Shown: positions 10,190 through 24,323 of the stretch, one piece after another | Layout: each line of letters begins with the position of its first letter | Numbering within the stretch: the stretch's first letter is position 1 | Assembly (NCBI GenBank): GCA_963774265.1 | Contig: CAVZDU010000006.1 | Coordinates: 128,001 to 192,000 of the forward strand | Reading direction: 5' to 3' | Origin: an uncultured Chloroflexia bacterium | Lineage (GTDB): Bacteria; Chloroflexota; Anaerolineae; CG2-30-64-16 | DNA length: 64,000 bases | Position numbers and translations under genes: made by a program | Notes under the pieces: generated by a model | Seen by the model: only the letters and a program-made list of their open reading frames with translations | Told to the model about the DNA's origin: nothing | Database searches by the model: none

Positions 10190-10284
10190 GGTGCAGATTC
10201 TCGCTTCTGATCGCGTGGGCCGGCTGGCGTACGATTGCGATCCCTGCACCCAACCTGTAACACGCTCGCCGTCCCCGCGCGCGC

Positions 10285-10328
10285 TTGACAACCTAATCAT
10301 GGCATCCTAAAATCAGGTCATAATGACC
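10285..10328 (+). promoter_or_regulatory. sigma70 promoter with downstream palindromic operator
   Basis: TTGACA(10285)-17 nt-TAAAAT(10308); GGTCAT-A-ATGACC palindrome at 10316-10328. Confidence 0.7.
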
Positions 10329-10345
10329 CGTTGAGGTGAGTTTCT

Positions 10346-10927
10346 ATGTCTCTATCGACGGAAACCAGCGTCGTAAAGGCTGAGAGGGAACCCACAGAAA
10401 TACAAGAAGAGAATGTCAGCCCCACGCCCGTCGCGATGATTGAAACAGATCGATCTGAGCCGCTAAATGTCGACACGATCAGGGAATTATGGTCCAAGAC
10501 CTACAATACGAATGGAAAACCGGATTGGTCCCATATCTACCCGTATTATCACCCGGACGTGGTCTTCCAGGATTCCATCCAGCGGATCGAAGGGATAGAG
10601 GAGTTCGTCGCCCTCTGCGAGCGCCTGACAAAGCGCTGTGAGATGCTGCAGATGGAGATCCACTCCATAGCCCAGAACGCCAATACCATTCTCATGGACT
10701 GGACCATGACCATGGTCTTCAAGAAGTCTCCCAGCACTCCGATCTACGGGAGCACCAAGCTCACGCTGCACGAGGACGGAAGGATCATCGAGCAGCGCGA
10801 CTATTACGACCTGTGGGGGGACATCTTCAACGGGATTCCGTACTTCAAGAAACCCTATCGCAGGTTCATGCGCAAAGTGCTTCGGGTAGCGGGAGGAGCC
10901 AATGGCCAAGCGCAGACTGCCCGATGA
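10346..10927 (+). CDS. NTF2/SnoaL-like protein (true stop probably TAG near 10889)
   Basis: YHPDVVFQDSIQRIEG...GRIIEQRDYYDLW. Confidence 0.8.
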   Translation: MSLSTETSVVKAEREPTEIQEENVSPTPVAMIETDRSEPLNVDTIRELWSKTYNTNGKPDWSHIYPYYHPDVVFQDSIQRIEGIEEFVALCERLTKRCEMLQMEIHSIAQNANTILMDWTMTMVFKKSPSTPIYGSTKLTLHEDGRIIEQRDYYDLWGDIFNGIPYFKKPYRRFMRKVLRVAGGANGQAQTAR

Positions 10928-11834
10928 ACTCATGTTCATTGCGAACAGGCGGGCGATCCAGAAGACCACGACCGCTTCGATGTCGGGCAAGGTCTGTGTC
11001 GTTTCGGGGTCAACGTCGGGCGTGGGGCTGGAAGCCGTCAAGCGTCTTGCACGGGGAAGCGCTCACATCGTCATGGTCTGCCGGAACCCTGAGAAGGCCG
11101 AAAGCATCCGGCGGACAGATCCTGGCACAATACCGCTGTCCGGGTCGACGTCGTCACAGCAGATTTCAGCGATCTCGAGCAGGTCCGCACGGCCGCGGCC
11201 ACTCTCCTCAGCAACTATCCCCGCATCGATGTGCTGATCAATTCGGCCGGGCTGCATCTGCAACAGCCGCACGACCACTCCGGCCGGATTTGAGACGGTC
11301 TTCTGCGTGAACCATCTCGCGCCGTTCCTGCTGACCTACCTGCTGCTCGACCGGCTGAAGCAGAGCGCTCCGGCTCGCATCATCCATGTGAATTCCGAGG
11401 GTCACCGGTTCGGCGGCCTGGACCTGAATGATCTGGACTGGAAACGCCGCCTCTACATCGGACTCCGGGGCTACGGCGCATCCAAGACAGCCCAGCTTCT
11501 GACCACCTGGGAATTCGCCGACCGCCTGAAGGGCTCCGGCGTCACCATCAACGCGATGCACCCGGGGGATGTGAGGACGAACATCGGCAACAACAACGGT
11601 CCACTGTACAGGTGGTTCCTGCACAATGTGACCTGGCACACGCTGAAGGACCCGGTCATTTCCGGTGAAGCGCTGTACTACCTGGCTGCCGCCCCCGAGC
11701 TGGCAGAGGTGAGCGGCCGCTTCTTCCACCTCACCATCGACGAAAAACCGGCGGCCCATGCCCTGGACCGGGAGAAGGGCAGCAAGGTCTGGGACGTGAG
11801 CATGCAGTTGACCGGCCTTACCCCAGGTCCTTGA
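10902..11834 (+). CDS. Short-chain dehydrogenase/reductase (retinol dehydrogenase-like), frameshifted
   Basis: VSGSTSGVG, NHLAPFLLT, YGASK, MHPGDVRT across ORFs 10902..11237 and 11307..11834. Confidence 0.85.
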
Positions 11835-13439
11835 GGATCCGGTCCGCGGCCAGCTTGCCGGTCAGGATCGAGATCGGCAAGCCGGAAGGGCTGTAGGTCC
11901 ACTGCCCCGCCTGGTAGGTGTCCGGAATCGGCGTCAGCACTGAACTGGCCACTTTCGGGAGCGTGCTCACAGCCGGGATGAATTCATTGGTAAATGCCCA
12001 TCCGGTGATCGCACCTTCGGAGTTTCCCGAGATCTTCTCAATGGTTAGCGGCGTGGAGGTGAAGCTGTCGATGACCGCCGCCTTCAGCCCCGGGTAGATG
12101 CTCGCATCCAGCACTTCGATCATGCGGTCCGCCATGAGTGTCCTGAACTCCTCATACCATCCCATCGCCTGGATGTGTCTTCGTCAGGGAATAGTCGAAC
12201 AGCGAGCTGATGATGAGGCCTGTTTTGCCCTCGGGGGCAAGCGCATCGTCCCTGAGAACGGGACAGGATATCTCGTAGGTGGTGAGCTCCAGGTACCGTT
12301 CCAGCCAGGCGATAATACGAGCCTTGTCGCCGATGAATCCCGCGGGGTTATTCGGTTCATCATCGAACAGGTCCTCCAGACGGACATTGGAGAGACCGGC
12401 TGTGGACGGCGTGTAGAAAAAATGGGCGCTGGATATCTCTTCAAAGTAGGTCTTGTCCAGGTTCAACGTGAGGTAGAGCGTAAAAACGGAATCTCCGCCA
12501 ACTTTTCCCGATACGGCTGTCTGCTTTGCCCGGATATCCCCGACTGCCCTGCTGTCTGTCAAAGATCCCAGGTCGACTATCCGGTAGAGGGTCTTTGGAT
12601 CCGCTGCCCAGACCAGTTTCCTGTATCGATAGACATTGCCCACGAGAATCGATCGCCTGGTGCTTGCCGGGATCGACGCTCGTGATCTCTGTTTCCGTTC
12701 GCACTTCGCCGCCATGCTCCAGCACAAACCGCTCCATCGCCCGGGCGAGAGCGCCGGTTCCTCCCCTGGGGTACGGTAGTCCAGGTAGAGGCTGAAATAG
12801 CTCAGAGCGAAGTACGCCGGGGTCTTCTGGAAGAAGTGCTGGGCAATGATGTCGATCAATGCCTGGTTGGTGGAAAACCTTGACAGGTACTCCTCCACCG
12901 GCTCGTGCAGTTTCCCGATCTTCGGCATGGTCAGCGTGTATTTCAACAGCCACGGCAGAATCGTCCTGAACACATATTGCGGGTTGCTTTTCAGATCGAG
13001 AAACAGCGGATTGTCGATGCCATAGAGAATATCCATGTATCCCATGACTTTCCCGATTTCCCGAACGATGCCGGCGCATATCCTCCCTGTTCTCGGGAAA
13101 GTGCTTTTCCAGGAGCTCCTGGTAGGCGCGCAGGCTGTCTTGCGAGGAAATCCTGACCACATCTTTGCCAATGCCGATGGAGACAGGGTTTGGGAGGAAA
13201 TCGACCTCTATGCCCAGCTGCCTGAGCATCGGGAACACTATCCCTGAATCTTCTATGGCCCTGATCCCACCGTCGAAAACAAACCCTTTGTATTCAAACG
13301 AATTGACCAGTCCCCCGGTCTTCTTTTCCTTTTCGCACAGCAGCACCTTCAAGCCCGCCTTGGAAAGGTAGGCCGCGGCCGTGAGGCCGGCCATTCCTCC
13401 TCCTACAATCAGGACATCGGATGCAAGTGATGATTCCAT
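11818..13439 (-). CDS. Phytoene desaturase (CrtI)-family FAD-dependent oxidoreductase, frameshifted
   Basis: IVGGGMAGLTAAAYL...GGLVNSFEYKGFVFDGG; YPRGGTGAL; STPLT...GAITGWAF; YQAGQW. Confidence 0.8.
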
Positions 13440-13610
13440 TGTTCCCTTCCTCAACAGACGATGCTCAATCAAGTATACCGGACTCACCGCAAGCGACCAA
13501 GTAGTGCAGCCTGACGCCGTTCACGACGAAGCGGCTGTCCGGATGCGCCACCTGCTCGGGCTGCACTGTGCCTTGCCGCGACAAGGTAGGAATCAGGGCC
13601 CGGCCCAGAA

Positions 13611-16600
13611 TCAGTCGCGCGCGCCCACGTGGATGGCGAATGCATCCATCGCGGGCAGCGATGCGACGATCCCCCCGTTAGCCACGGTGATCAGGCTCTC
13701 GGGCGGCGCGTCGAGGCCGGTGACGGGGTCGACGCATTTGCCGGACGTCGCACCGAAGTCGTAGTGGACGACATTGCAATAAACCCCATCGGGCATGCCG
13801 GTCGTGTAGATGACGTTGGCCGCATCCCGGCTCGTGCCGTTGATGGCCACGAACCCTTTGCTCCCCAGCCCGAACGCGATGTGATCGGATGGGATGCCGC
13901 CGATGTTCTGCCAGTCCCGGACCGCCTCGCCCGCGGTCGCCTTGCGGAACGCGACCATGTTAGCAGTCGACGTCCGCCGGTGCTCGCACGCCCATTTGCC
14001 GTTTTCGTAGGCCGCCGAGCAGTTGGCCGGTGTGTCGCCCGCGACCTGGTCCGGGCCATAGACCGGGCGGGTCTCAGCCCCTAACCCCACGCCCCAGGTT
14101 TTGCCGCCATCGTTACTGGAGGGCGGCCCTATGCTGTCGCCGGTGTTGTCCGTGGAGCTGGTCTGCCAGTAGAAGCTGGACATCACGGACGGATAGCCGT
14201 AGGGATAGGCCAGGGCGAAGATGTTGGCCAGCACGTGTTCCTGCCCGTCGCGGTGATCCACCACACAGCCTGAGCCCACGCCGTGCCCGCGCTGGTTGTC
14301 GTGGTTGTCGGTGAACACCTGGGCAAACCGCGAGGGCAGCATGTCGCCTTGCGAAAACCGGTTTTGCAGGTCGCTCAGGCGGCCGCTGCACGCGTCGTCG
14401 AACGCAGCGCCCAGCGCGAACGCTGTAGGAGAACTCGGTGACGTCGCCGTCGGCCGCGTATTCCCAATCGCGCACCGGCTCCGCGCTGCTCTGGTCGATG
14501 GTTTCCTGAAGACGTAGAACTTGCCCTGCAGGCCGCCGAGGATTGCGGCGATGTCCTGGGCCGCCATGTGCTTGCCGCCGTCGATCCGGAAGCCCGTGAC
14601 GCCCGCATCGAGCAGCGCCTGCAGATAGCCCCGGAGCTTGGCCTGCACCTCGGGCTTCCCGGTGTTCAGGTCCGGCAGGCCCGAAAGCGCACAGGTCTGC
14701 ACCTGAGTCCGATCCCCGTAGTTGCTGATGGTGCAATCGGGGTGGAAGTCGCCGGCCTGGTACTGTACCCCATAGAAACGCGTGGCGGGCATCCGTATCG
14801 TATTCCGTGCCCGCAGTGCCCGCGGGGGCGTCCCCACCTCGATCGCAGCCATGTGGTTGATTACGGCGTCCACGTAGATGCCCACCCCGACGCTCTTGCA
14901 CGCAAGCACCATGCTCTCGAACTCGGCCCACGTGCCGCTGCGGCAGGTGAACCTGGCCACGTCGTGCGAGACGGGCTGGTAGCGCACCCACCAGGGGTAA
15001 TCGTTGGCCTCGCCGCCGCCCATGTTCGCGGTCGGGACGATGTGCTCCTGGGGCGGTGAGACCTGCACCGCGGCGTAGCCCTTCTCCGCGAGGTACGGGC
15101 ACTCCTTCTCGATGTCGGCCCAGCGCCACTCAAAGAGATGCACGAAGACGCCACCTTCCGGCGCGGGCGATGCGTCGGCTGCGGGCAAGACGGTGAGCAG
15201 GCCGTCACCCTGCGCCGTTCGTCCTGCCGCCACATCTGAGCCTCGCCCGCCTTCCGGCAGGACGCGGTGAAGCCATAGGTGCCCGGCGCCAGCGTGTTGA
15301 GCATCGCCTGCGAGAGCGTGGCTTTGTACTCGTCGTTGTTTCCTTTTTGGACGTTCCAGGTCATGGGCAGCTCGTTCCACGCCGAGCCGTACACGCCCCA
15401 GTGCAGCGAGCACGCGATGGCCGCAGTCTCGCCTGCGGTTGCGCCTTCGCCCGCGGCCTCGGTCACCCCGGGCTCGTACACCTGGACGTACACGTCGAGG
15501 CCGCTGTCAGCCGCACCCTGGGTGATCTCGTTGGCGACGCCGCCCCGCGGAAACATGTCACCCACCCAGTCCAACGTGCTGGGCGGAAGGGGCTGGGCCA
15601 GCGACTGGGACGAGACGAAGACCGCGGTCGTGCGCGCGGGGATGGTGAACGCACCCGCGGCCTCGTCGAAGCCCGCGGTCTGGACCACCGGGTCAGCGTC
15701 GAGCGAGTCGGCCTGCAGCGGGTGCAGGGTGAACCCGGCCGCGCCGCTGATGGTGACGGTCTGGCTGATCTTGTTGGCGTTGAAGAAGACCAGGATCGTC
15801 TCCACCCGCGCGTCGAGGTCGGGCTCCGGCGCATCCGACAACGCCATCACGATCAGCCCGTCCTGGCCGGTGTTGTAGAACCAGGTGCGTGCGTTGATAC
15901 TGGCTTCGCTGGTCATCCGGAAGAGCGGCGAGCTCTTGCGGATGCGCAGGATCTCACGCAGATGCGCGGCCGCCGCGTTCATGTCGGCTGCCGTTGGGTT
16001 GAGGTCTCCATCGGCCAGCAGCGGGGCCATGATCTGCCAGCGGCCCTGGTTATCCCAGGCCGGCGGCAGGCCCACGCCGAAGTTGTTGCTGCTGCTGTCC
16101 CAGTAGACCCGGTTGAACCAGTCGCCCGAGTCGTAGCTATTGCGGTCCAGCGACTTGGAACGCAGGATGTCGCTGCCCATCTGGAAGAACGGAATGCCCT
16201 GGGCCAGGCCGATGAGGCTGATCCCCATGTTCTGGCTAGCCACCCGGTCGGCCATCGCCGTGGTCGGGATGCCGCGATCCAGGATGCCCGATCCAGCCGG
16301 GGTTGCCGCTCCCGTCGCCGTTGGGCAGCTTGAAAATGTTCTGGTCGAACAACGTCTCGTTGTCGTGCTTCTCGACGTAGTTGACCGCTTCCTGCGGGTC
16401 GTCGGTGAAGGGCGTCCCCTGGCCGTTCCAGTCCGCACCGCTGCCGCGCAGCGCGGAGCGCAGGCTATCGGTGGCAGCCCACAGGTCGCCCTGGCCGCGC
16501 TGGTCGTAAGCGATAGCCATTCCAATCGTACGACAGGCCGTTGATGAAGCCCTGGCGGCGGATGCCGATCGGGTCCTGGCTGTAGCCGCCGTGCGCGGCA

Positions 16601-18474
16601 TCACGGATGATGTCGTTGAACGCGCCGATGCCGGAGCCGGTCATGTTCCACTTGCCGGCGTAGCACCAGCCCCCGGTGCAATCCGTGAAGCCCTTGGCCA
16701 GCGCGGAGCCAAAGTCCCACCCCTCGCCGTACAGGTAAATCTTGCTCCCGTCCACGCCGTTCGCGGCCACGGTCAGTGCCTGGAGCGCGGCCTTGATGTT
16801 CTCCATGTTCCGCCGCGTGTGGAAGTTCATCAGGTCGAAGCGGAAGCCGTCCACCTTGTAGTCGACCGCCCACCGGGTGAGGGTGTCGATCATCAGCTTC
16901 TCGACCATCTCGTACTCGGAAGCGGTGTCCGAGCAGCAGGAATCGGTGTAGGCCGCGCCGTCGGTGGTGTAGCGGTAGTAGTAGCCGGGCACGACCTTGT
17001 CGAGCACCGAATGGTCGTCCTGCCCGCTGGCCGCGGTGTGGTTGTAGACCACGTCCATCACCACACGCAGGCCGTTGCGGTTGAGTGCGGACACCATGTC
17101 GCGGAACTCCACGATGCGCGCCACGCCGTTAGCATCCGTGCTGTACGAGCCTTCGGCCGCGCCATAATGCTCGGGGTCATAGCCCCAGTTAAAGCCATCG
17201 AGCCCGCGCGTTGCGGCCACGGTGGCCTGCTGGACCTGCGAGTTGCGAGCCGCGGCCTGGACGACCGGCTCAGTCCGCTGCGCCGGGGTCTCGATCACCG
17301 AGGCGATGTCGAAGGCCGGCAGCAGGTGGATGTGGGTCAGCCCTGCCTCCTGCAATTGCAGCAAGTGGCTCATGCCGTCCGAGAGCGCGGTGTTGGGGTC
17401 CGGTCCGTCGCCGTCGTAGGTGAACGCACGGTACGTGCCGCGATCCGCCTCGGCCACGGTGGCGTCATTGATGCTGAAATCGCGGATGTGCGTCTCGTAG
17501 ATGACGATGTCTTCCGCCGCGGCGAGGTCCGGCTTGGGCAGGGTGTCCCAGCCCGCGGGCTTGAGATCGGGGGCCGCCAGGTCCACGAACTGGCTGCGCG
17601 GGTCCGCGGCGGCCGTCGTGTCCGCGGACAGGTTGACCGCGTAGGGGTCGGTGACCAGGTTGTGGACCACCGCGTCCTCTGACGGGACGTACACCTGGAC
17701 GTCAAACAGGTAGAACTGGCGATCCCATGAGGCGTCACCGGTCACGAGCCACGACGCCGGACCCCGGGTCCAGGGTCATGGGGTGGCTGCCCACCTCCGC
17801 ACCCGTCGGGGTGGCGTAGCGCTTCAGCGTCACCGACACGGCCGTGGGCGCCCACACCTTGATCGTAGGCGTGGCGCCGCCGGCAGCGCCATTGTAAGTC
17901 ACGCCCAACGTCTGCGCCCCGGCGCTGGCCGCGTAGAGTGCGTCCAGCACGCTCTGGATCTGGACGGCTGTCGCGTCGAGGCCGCGTCGTGCCGTCATAG
18001 CTGACGACGACGACCTGGCCCTTGAGCAGGTGCTTCGCGTCATCCGCAGACAGTCCGGTGACCAGGCGGAGTCAGGCCGGTTGCGTTGGGATTCTTGGGA
18101 TAGCCGCTGACCGTGCCTTCGGCTGTGAGGGGCACGTAGCAGGGGACGGTGGCCGCGGCCAAGCAAGCCGTGCCCTCGGCCGCGCTCATCACGCCGCCGT
18201 CGGGGTCAAAAAGCAGCTTATAGCTCGATCCGGTGACGCCGTGCCAGGCGATCGTCCCCGCGTCCAGCCAGATCGCCTTCGCCGCGACCACGTTAATCGG
18301 GCCTGGGACCGCTTCGGTAGTCGCGGGGCCATTGTCGACATTCAGAGAGGTTGGGGCCGGCGGAAGATCCGGTGCAGGCCGCGGCCGGGTGTTACGGAAG
18401 AAGATTGCCGCCGCAAGAATCAGAACCAGCAAGACCACCAGCGCCACGAGGCGCGTTCGGGGGGTCATGTTCAT
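13611..18474 (-). CDS. Exported/membrane-anchored pullulanase-type alpha-1,6-glucosidase fused to C-terminal alpha-amylase (two GH13 domains), multiple apparent frameshifts
   Basis: N-terminal hydrophobic segment; [68 protein letters not shown]; then [45 protein letters not shown]. Confidence 0.85.
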
Positions 18475-18593
18475 CGTGCGAACTCCTAACTCGGATGATG
18501 GGAGTCATCGTTGTCCCTCGTTCGCCCGCAGCGCTGTCAGGCGGAAGATAAGATTATAAGCCATCCCGGCTCGAAACCCCAGAACGGCATGAC

Positions 18594-18622
18594 TTGACAG
18601 CCGCGCATAGGCCAAGTATCAT
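18594..18622 (+). promoter_or_regulatory. sigma70 promoter of the perR-katG operon, followed by AT-rich possible Fur/PerR operator
   Basis: TTGACA(18594)-17 nt-TATCAT(18617); AT-rich ttagaaactggttatccatagattataaat downstream. Confidence 0.7.
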
Positions 18623-18675
18623 CTTTTTAGAAACTGGTTATCCATAGATTATAAATCGCAGTTAGGTGCTTAGCA

Positions 18676-19116
18676 ATGCCTGATCCCGAGTCTCGATTTC
18701 AGCAGTTGGTGGCCAAGCTAAAGGCGAGCGATTATCGCCTTACACCTCAGCGCGTGGCGCTGCTGCGGCTCATCGCCTCCAGCGAGGGACACCCCAGCGC
18801 CTCCCACTTGTACGAGCAGATCAAGGCGCAATTCCCGACGACCAGCCCAGCGACCGTTTACAAGACGCTCAATCTCCTGAAGGAATTGGGCGAGGTGTTG
18901 GAGCTTGGCTTCAGCAACGATGACAATCGCTACGATGGCAGCCGGCCCTATCCGCATCCGCATCTTATCTGCATCCGCTGCCGGAAGATCAGCGACCCCA
19001 GGTGAGCCTCGTGGACGATTTGACGCAAGAAGTCGCGGAACTGATCGGGCTACCAGGTGCTCAGCCACCGGCTCGATTTCTACGGGCTGTGTCCTGATTG
19101 CCGGCAGAGTCGGTAG
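18676..19116 (+). CDS. Fur-family transcriptional repressor, PerR-like (frameshift near 19000)
   Basis: RLTPQR, HPSA, ATVYKTL, HPHLICIRC; C-terminal HRLDFYGLCPDC in another frame; directly upstream of katG. Confidence 0.85.
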
Positions 19117-19157
19117 AGGAGGGGCGGGGTCTCTTTTTTGCCTTGAATGAATAATGA

Positions 19158-21391
<2,234 letters not shown>

Positions 21392-21572
21392 CATAAACGT
21401 CTTCGAGGGCTTCTGACAGGGCCGCGGAAAGGGGTCAGCCAACAACCTCTTCCGGCGGCCTTGTCGCGGCCGGCCCCGTGTGCGATGTGGATTCTGTTCT
21501 CCCGCAGAGCCTTCGTTTCGACCGCAAGCTCCCCATGAGCGCTCGGTGACCTGTGTGGCTAGCGTGCCGGCA

Positions 21573-22328
21573 TCACCGGCGTGCCGCTTGTCGCGCCAGA
21601 TCGCGATGCGTGCCGTCGCAGAGGGGTTTGCTGTCCGAGTGCCCGCAGTTGCAGAGCGTGACGCGGTTGCGGGTTTCGAACGGCTGCCCGTCCGAACGCT
21701 CGATCGGGATGCCGCCGGTCACCCAGAGTGGTCCGGCGATGGGACCCTCGGAGGTGATCTCAGTGGTCACGGCCACCTGCTGAGGCAAATCCGGCTCGAT
21801 GTCCGGCCCATTCTCCTCGATGCGATAAGTCAGCGCACCGGAGGGGCAGCGCTCGACCATGGCCATGACCAGCGAGCGCACCTTGGTGTCACCGGTGGCC
21901 GTCACAAACTGGGCTATACCGGCCTCGCGCATGCCGCAGAAGCCCGACTCCATGCAGAGCGTGGGATCTTTCCTGACGACGATGCGTGTGCCGCGCGGGA
22001 ACATCATCGCGCGTTCTTCGGTGACCCCTGTGTCGGCCGTTTCCGTGCCGTCGAAGCCTTCCACCCGATGGGTGCCATCACAGAAGGGCTTATCGCTCGA
22101 CTGGCCGCACCGGCAGAGGTGATATTCGCCCTCGCTGACGGCGAGCACGCCGTCCTTTTGCCAGGTCAACGGCTCACCATACTCGGAAACCACCTGTGTC
22201 TTGCTAACCAGGGGCACGTCACCTTCAACGATATACGGCCCGTTCTTTCTGACGACGATCCGCTTGCCCTTGACCGGGCCGCTTGTTTCATTGGTTGCCA
22301 CGGTATCTGCTCCTCGATCCAAAATCAT
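21573..22328 (-). CDS. CDGSH iron-sulfur domain protein (two CDGSH motifs flanking a divergent 4Fe-4S domain)
   Basis: LCRCGQSSDKPFCDGTH and LCNCGHSDSKPLCDGTH; CMESGFC...CPSGAL. Confidence 0.9.
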   Translation of the reverse strand: MILDRGADTVATNETSGPVKGKRIVVRKNGPYIVEGDVPLVSKTQVVSEYGEPLTWQKDGVLAVSEGEYHLCRCGQSSDKPFCDGTHRVEGFDGTETADTGVTEERAMMFPRGTRIVVRKDPTLCMESGFCGMREAGIAQFVTATGDTKVRSLVMAMVERCPSGALTYRIEENGPDIEPDLPQQVAVTTEITSEGPIAGPLWVTGGIPIERSDGQPFETRNRVTLCNCGHSDSKPLCDGTHRDLARQAARR

Positions 22329-22390
22329 ACGGCCTTCAGTATAACTCAGACCGCGCTTCGGTTGCGAATTGGGCGGATAGGGAACGGGCC

Positions 22391-23578
22391 TCAGTCGTTC
22401 TGGGAAATGATGTCGACGATCTGCCCGCCCCGCACATAAGCCCGCGCCACCCGGGGCAGTAGCGACGTCGTCACCTCGTAGTTGATCGTGCCGGCCAGTT
22501 GCGCCACTTCTTCCGCGCGTATCTGTTCTTTGCCTTGCCTGCCCACCAGCACGACCTCGTCATCCTGCCCGACGCCAGGGAGTTGGGTCACGTCCACGAC
22601 GAACTGGTCCATGCACACGCGGCCCCGGACCGGTGCGCGTTGGCCGCGGATCAGCACACTTGCCCGGTTGGAGAGGATGCGATGATACCCATCGCCATAG
22701 CCCACGGGAACCAGGGCGACGGTGGTCGGGGCGGAGGTCACATAGGTGTGGCCATAGCTGATGCCGCTGCCCGCCGGCAGCTCCCGAACGCGGCTCACCC
22801 GGCTCTTGAGTGTCAGCGCGGGCCGGATCTCGAAGGGGGGCAGCCACTCGGAGGAGGGATCGAGCCCATACATGGCTATGCCGACCCGCACGGCCTGAAG
22901 GTGCGACCCGGGCAGGTGCATGGTGGCGGCGCTGTTGGCCGCGTGGGCCAGGGGGGTGATGCCGGCGACCCGCAGGGCCGCCAGGACATCGTCGAACACG
23001 CCGAGCTGCCGGCGCAACTGGACCTGGTCTGCCGCATCGGCCGTGGCGAAGTGCGTAAAGACACCCTCCAGGCGGATGCCGTCGAGGCCTTGGAGCCAGG
23101 CCGCGAACTCCGGCGCCTCGCCCGGCATGAGGCCATAACGGCCCATCCCGGTGTCGACCTTCAGATGCACCGGCACGATCACGCCTGCGGCCTGGGCGCG
23201 GGCCGCGAACGCCAGGGCAAATTCGGGGGTGATCAGGCTGGGGGTCAATCGCCAGCGGACCGCGCTCTCCGCTGCCGCGGCAGGGGTGTAGCCCATGATG
23301 AGGACGGGCGCCTCGATGCCGGCCTGGCGGAGTTCGATGCCCTCACTGAGCCGGTGGACGGCCAGCCGCGTGGCCCCCGCCTCGAGCGCGGCCCGCGCCA
23401 CGGGCGCCGCGCCGTGGCCATAGGCGTTCGCCTTCACGACCGCGAAAACCTCGACGCGCTCACCAACATGCCGCCGGAACGCGCGCACGTTGTGGGCAAT
23501 CGCGTCGAGGTCGATTTCGGCCCAGGTGACCAGTTCATCTGTGCGCAGGCACGTTTCGTTCTGCCGGCGATCACCCAC
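22391..23578 (-). CDS. alr: Alanine racemase
   Basis: AVVKANAYGHG PLP-Lys motif, HLKVDTGMGR, ISYG, GRVCMD. Confidence 0.95.
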   Translation of the reverse strand: MGDRRQNETCLRTDELVTWAEIDLDAIAHNVRAFRRHVGERVEVFAVVKANAYGHGAAPVARAALEAGATRLAVHRLSEGIELRQAGIEAPVLIMGYTPAAAAESAVRWRLTPSLITPEFALAFAARAQAAGVIVPVHLKVDTGMGRYGLMPGEAPEFAAWLQGLDGIRLEGVFTHFATADAADQVQLRRQLGVFDDVLAALRVAGITPLAHAANSAATMHLPGSHLQAVRVGIAMYGLDPSSEWLPPFEIRPALTLKSRVSRVRELPAGSGISYGHTYVTSAPTTVALVPVGYGDGYHRILSNRASVLIRGQRAPVRGRVCMDQFVVDVTQLPGVGQDDEVVLVGRQGKEQIRAEEVAQLAGTINYEVTTSLLPRVARAYVRGGQIVDIISQND

Positions 23579-24323
23579 CCAGATACGCTTCCTTCACTTT
23601 CGGGTTCCCGAGCAGCTCCGGGCCGGTGCCGGCCAGGATGATCGTGCCCGTCTCGAGGACGTAGCCGCGATGCGCGGCCCGCAACGCCATGTAGGCGTTT
23701 TGTTCCACCAACAAGATCGTCCGGCCGGCCTGGTTGAGGTCCGTCACCACCCGAAAGATTTCACGTACCAACACAGGCGCCAACCCCATCGAGGGCTCAT
23801 CAAGCAGCAGCGTCTGCCCGCGGCTCATCAGCGCGCGGCCCACCGCCAGCATCTGCTGCTCACCGCCCGACAGGGTGCCGCCGAGCTGTTTTTTGCGCTC
23901 GTCCAGCCGGGGGAAGATCCCGAAGACCCGCTCGTAGTCTTTTTTGATCTCGGCCTTGTCCCGGCGCTTCCAGGTGGCCAGTTTCAGGTTCTCCCACACC
24001 GTCAGGTTGCCGAAGATGCCGCGGCCTTCCGGGACCTGGGCCAGACCCGCCTCTACGATCCTATCGGCCGGGACGCGACGTAGATCCTGGCCGCGGTAGG
24101 TGATCTGCCCGGTATAGGATGTCACGCCGGAGATCGCGCGCAGCGTCGAGGACTTGCCCGCACCGTTCGCGCCGATCAGGGTGACAATTTCGCCCTCGCG
24201 GACATCGAAAGTGATGCCCTTGACGGCCGCGATGTTGCCGTAAGAGACCTTGAGATCGTGGACCGCCAGCACAACACCGCGACCTGCATGCAGGTCGTCG
24301 CGAATTGCGATTCGTTCGCTCAT
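23571..24323 (-). CDS. livF: Branched-chain amino acid-type ABC transporter ATPase
   Basis: GANGAGKS, VPEGRGIF, LSGGEQQMLAVGRALM, DEPSMGLAP. Confidence 0.9.
   Translation of the reverse strand: MSERIAIRDDLHAGRGVVLAVHDLKVSYGNIAAVKGITFDVREGEIVTLIGANGAGKSSTLRAISGVTSYTGQITYRGQDLRRVPADRIVEAGLAQVPEGRGIFGNLTVWENLKLATWKRRDKAEIKKDYERVFGIFPRLDERKKQLGGTLSGGEQQMLAVGRALMSRGQTLLLDEPSMGLAPVLVREIFRVVTDLNQAGRTILLVEQNAYMALRAAHRGYVLETGTIILAGTGPELLGNPKVKEAYLGG

Noticed and set aside
18990-19010. TGA in the Fur-family gene (and at 59005 in the MDR gene) as selenocysteine
   Set aside because: The protein continues in a different frame, so these are frameshifts, not in-frame recoding.
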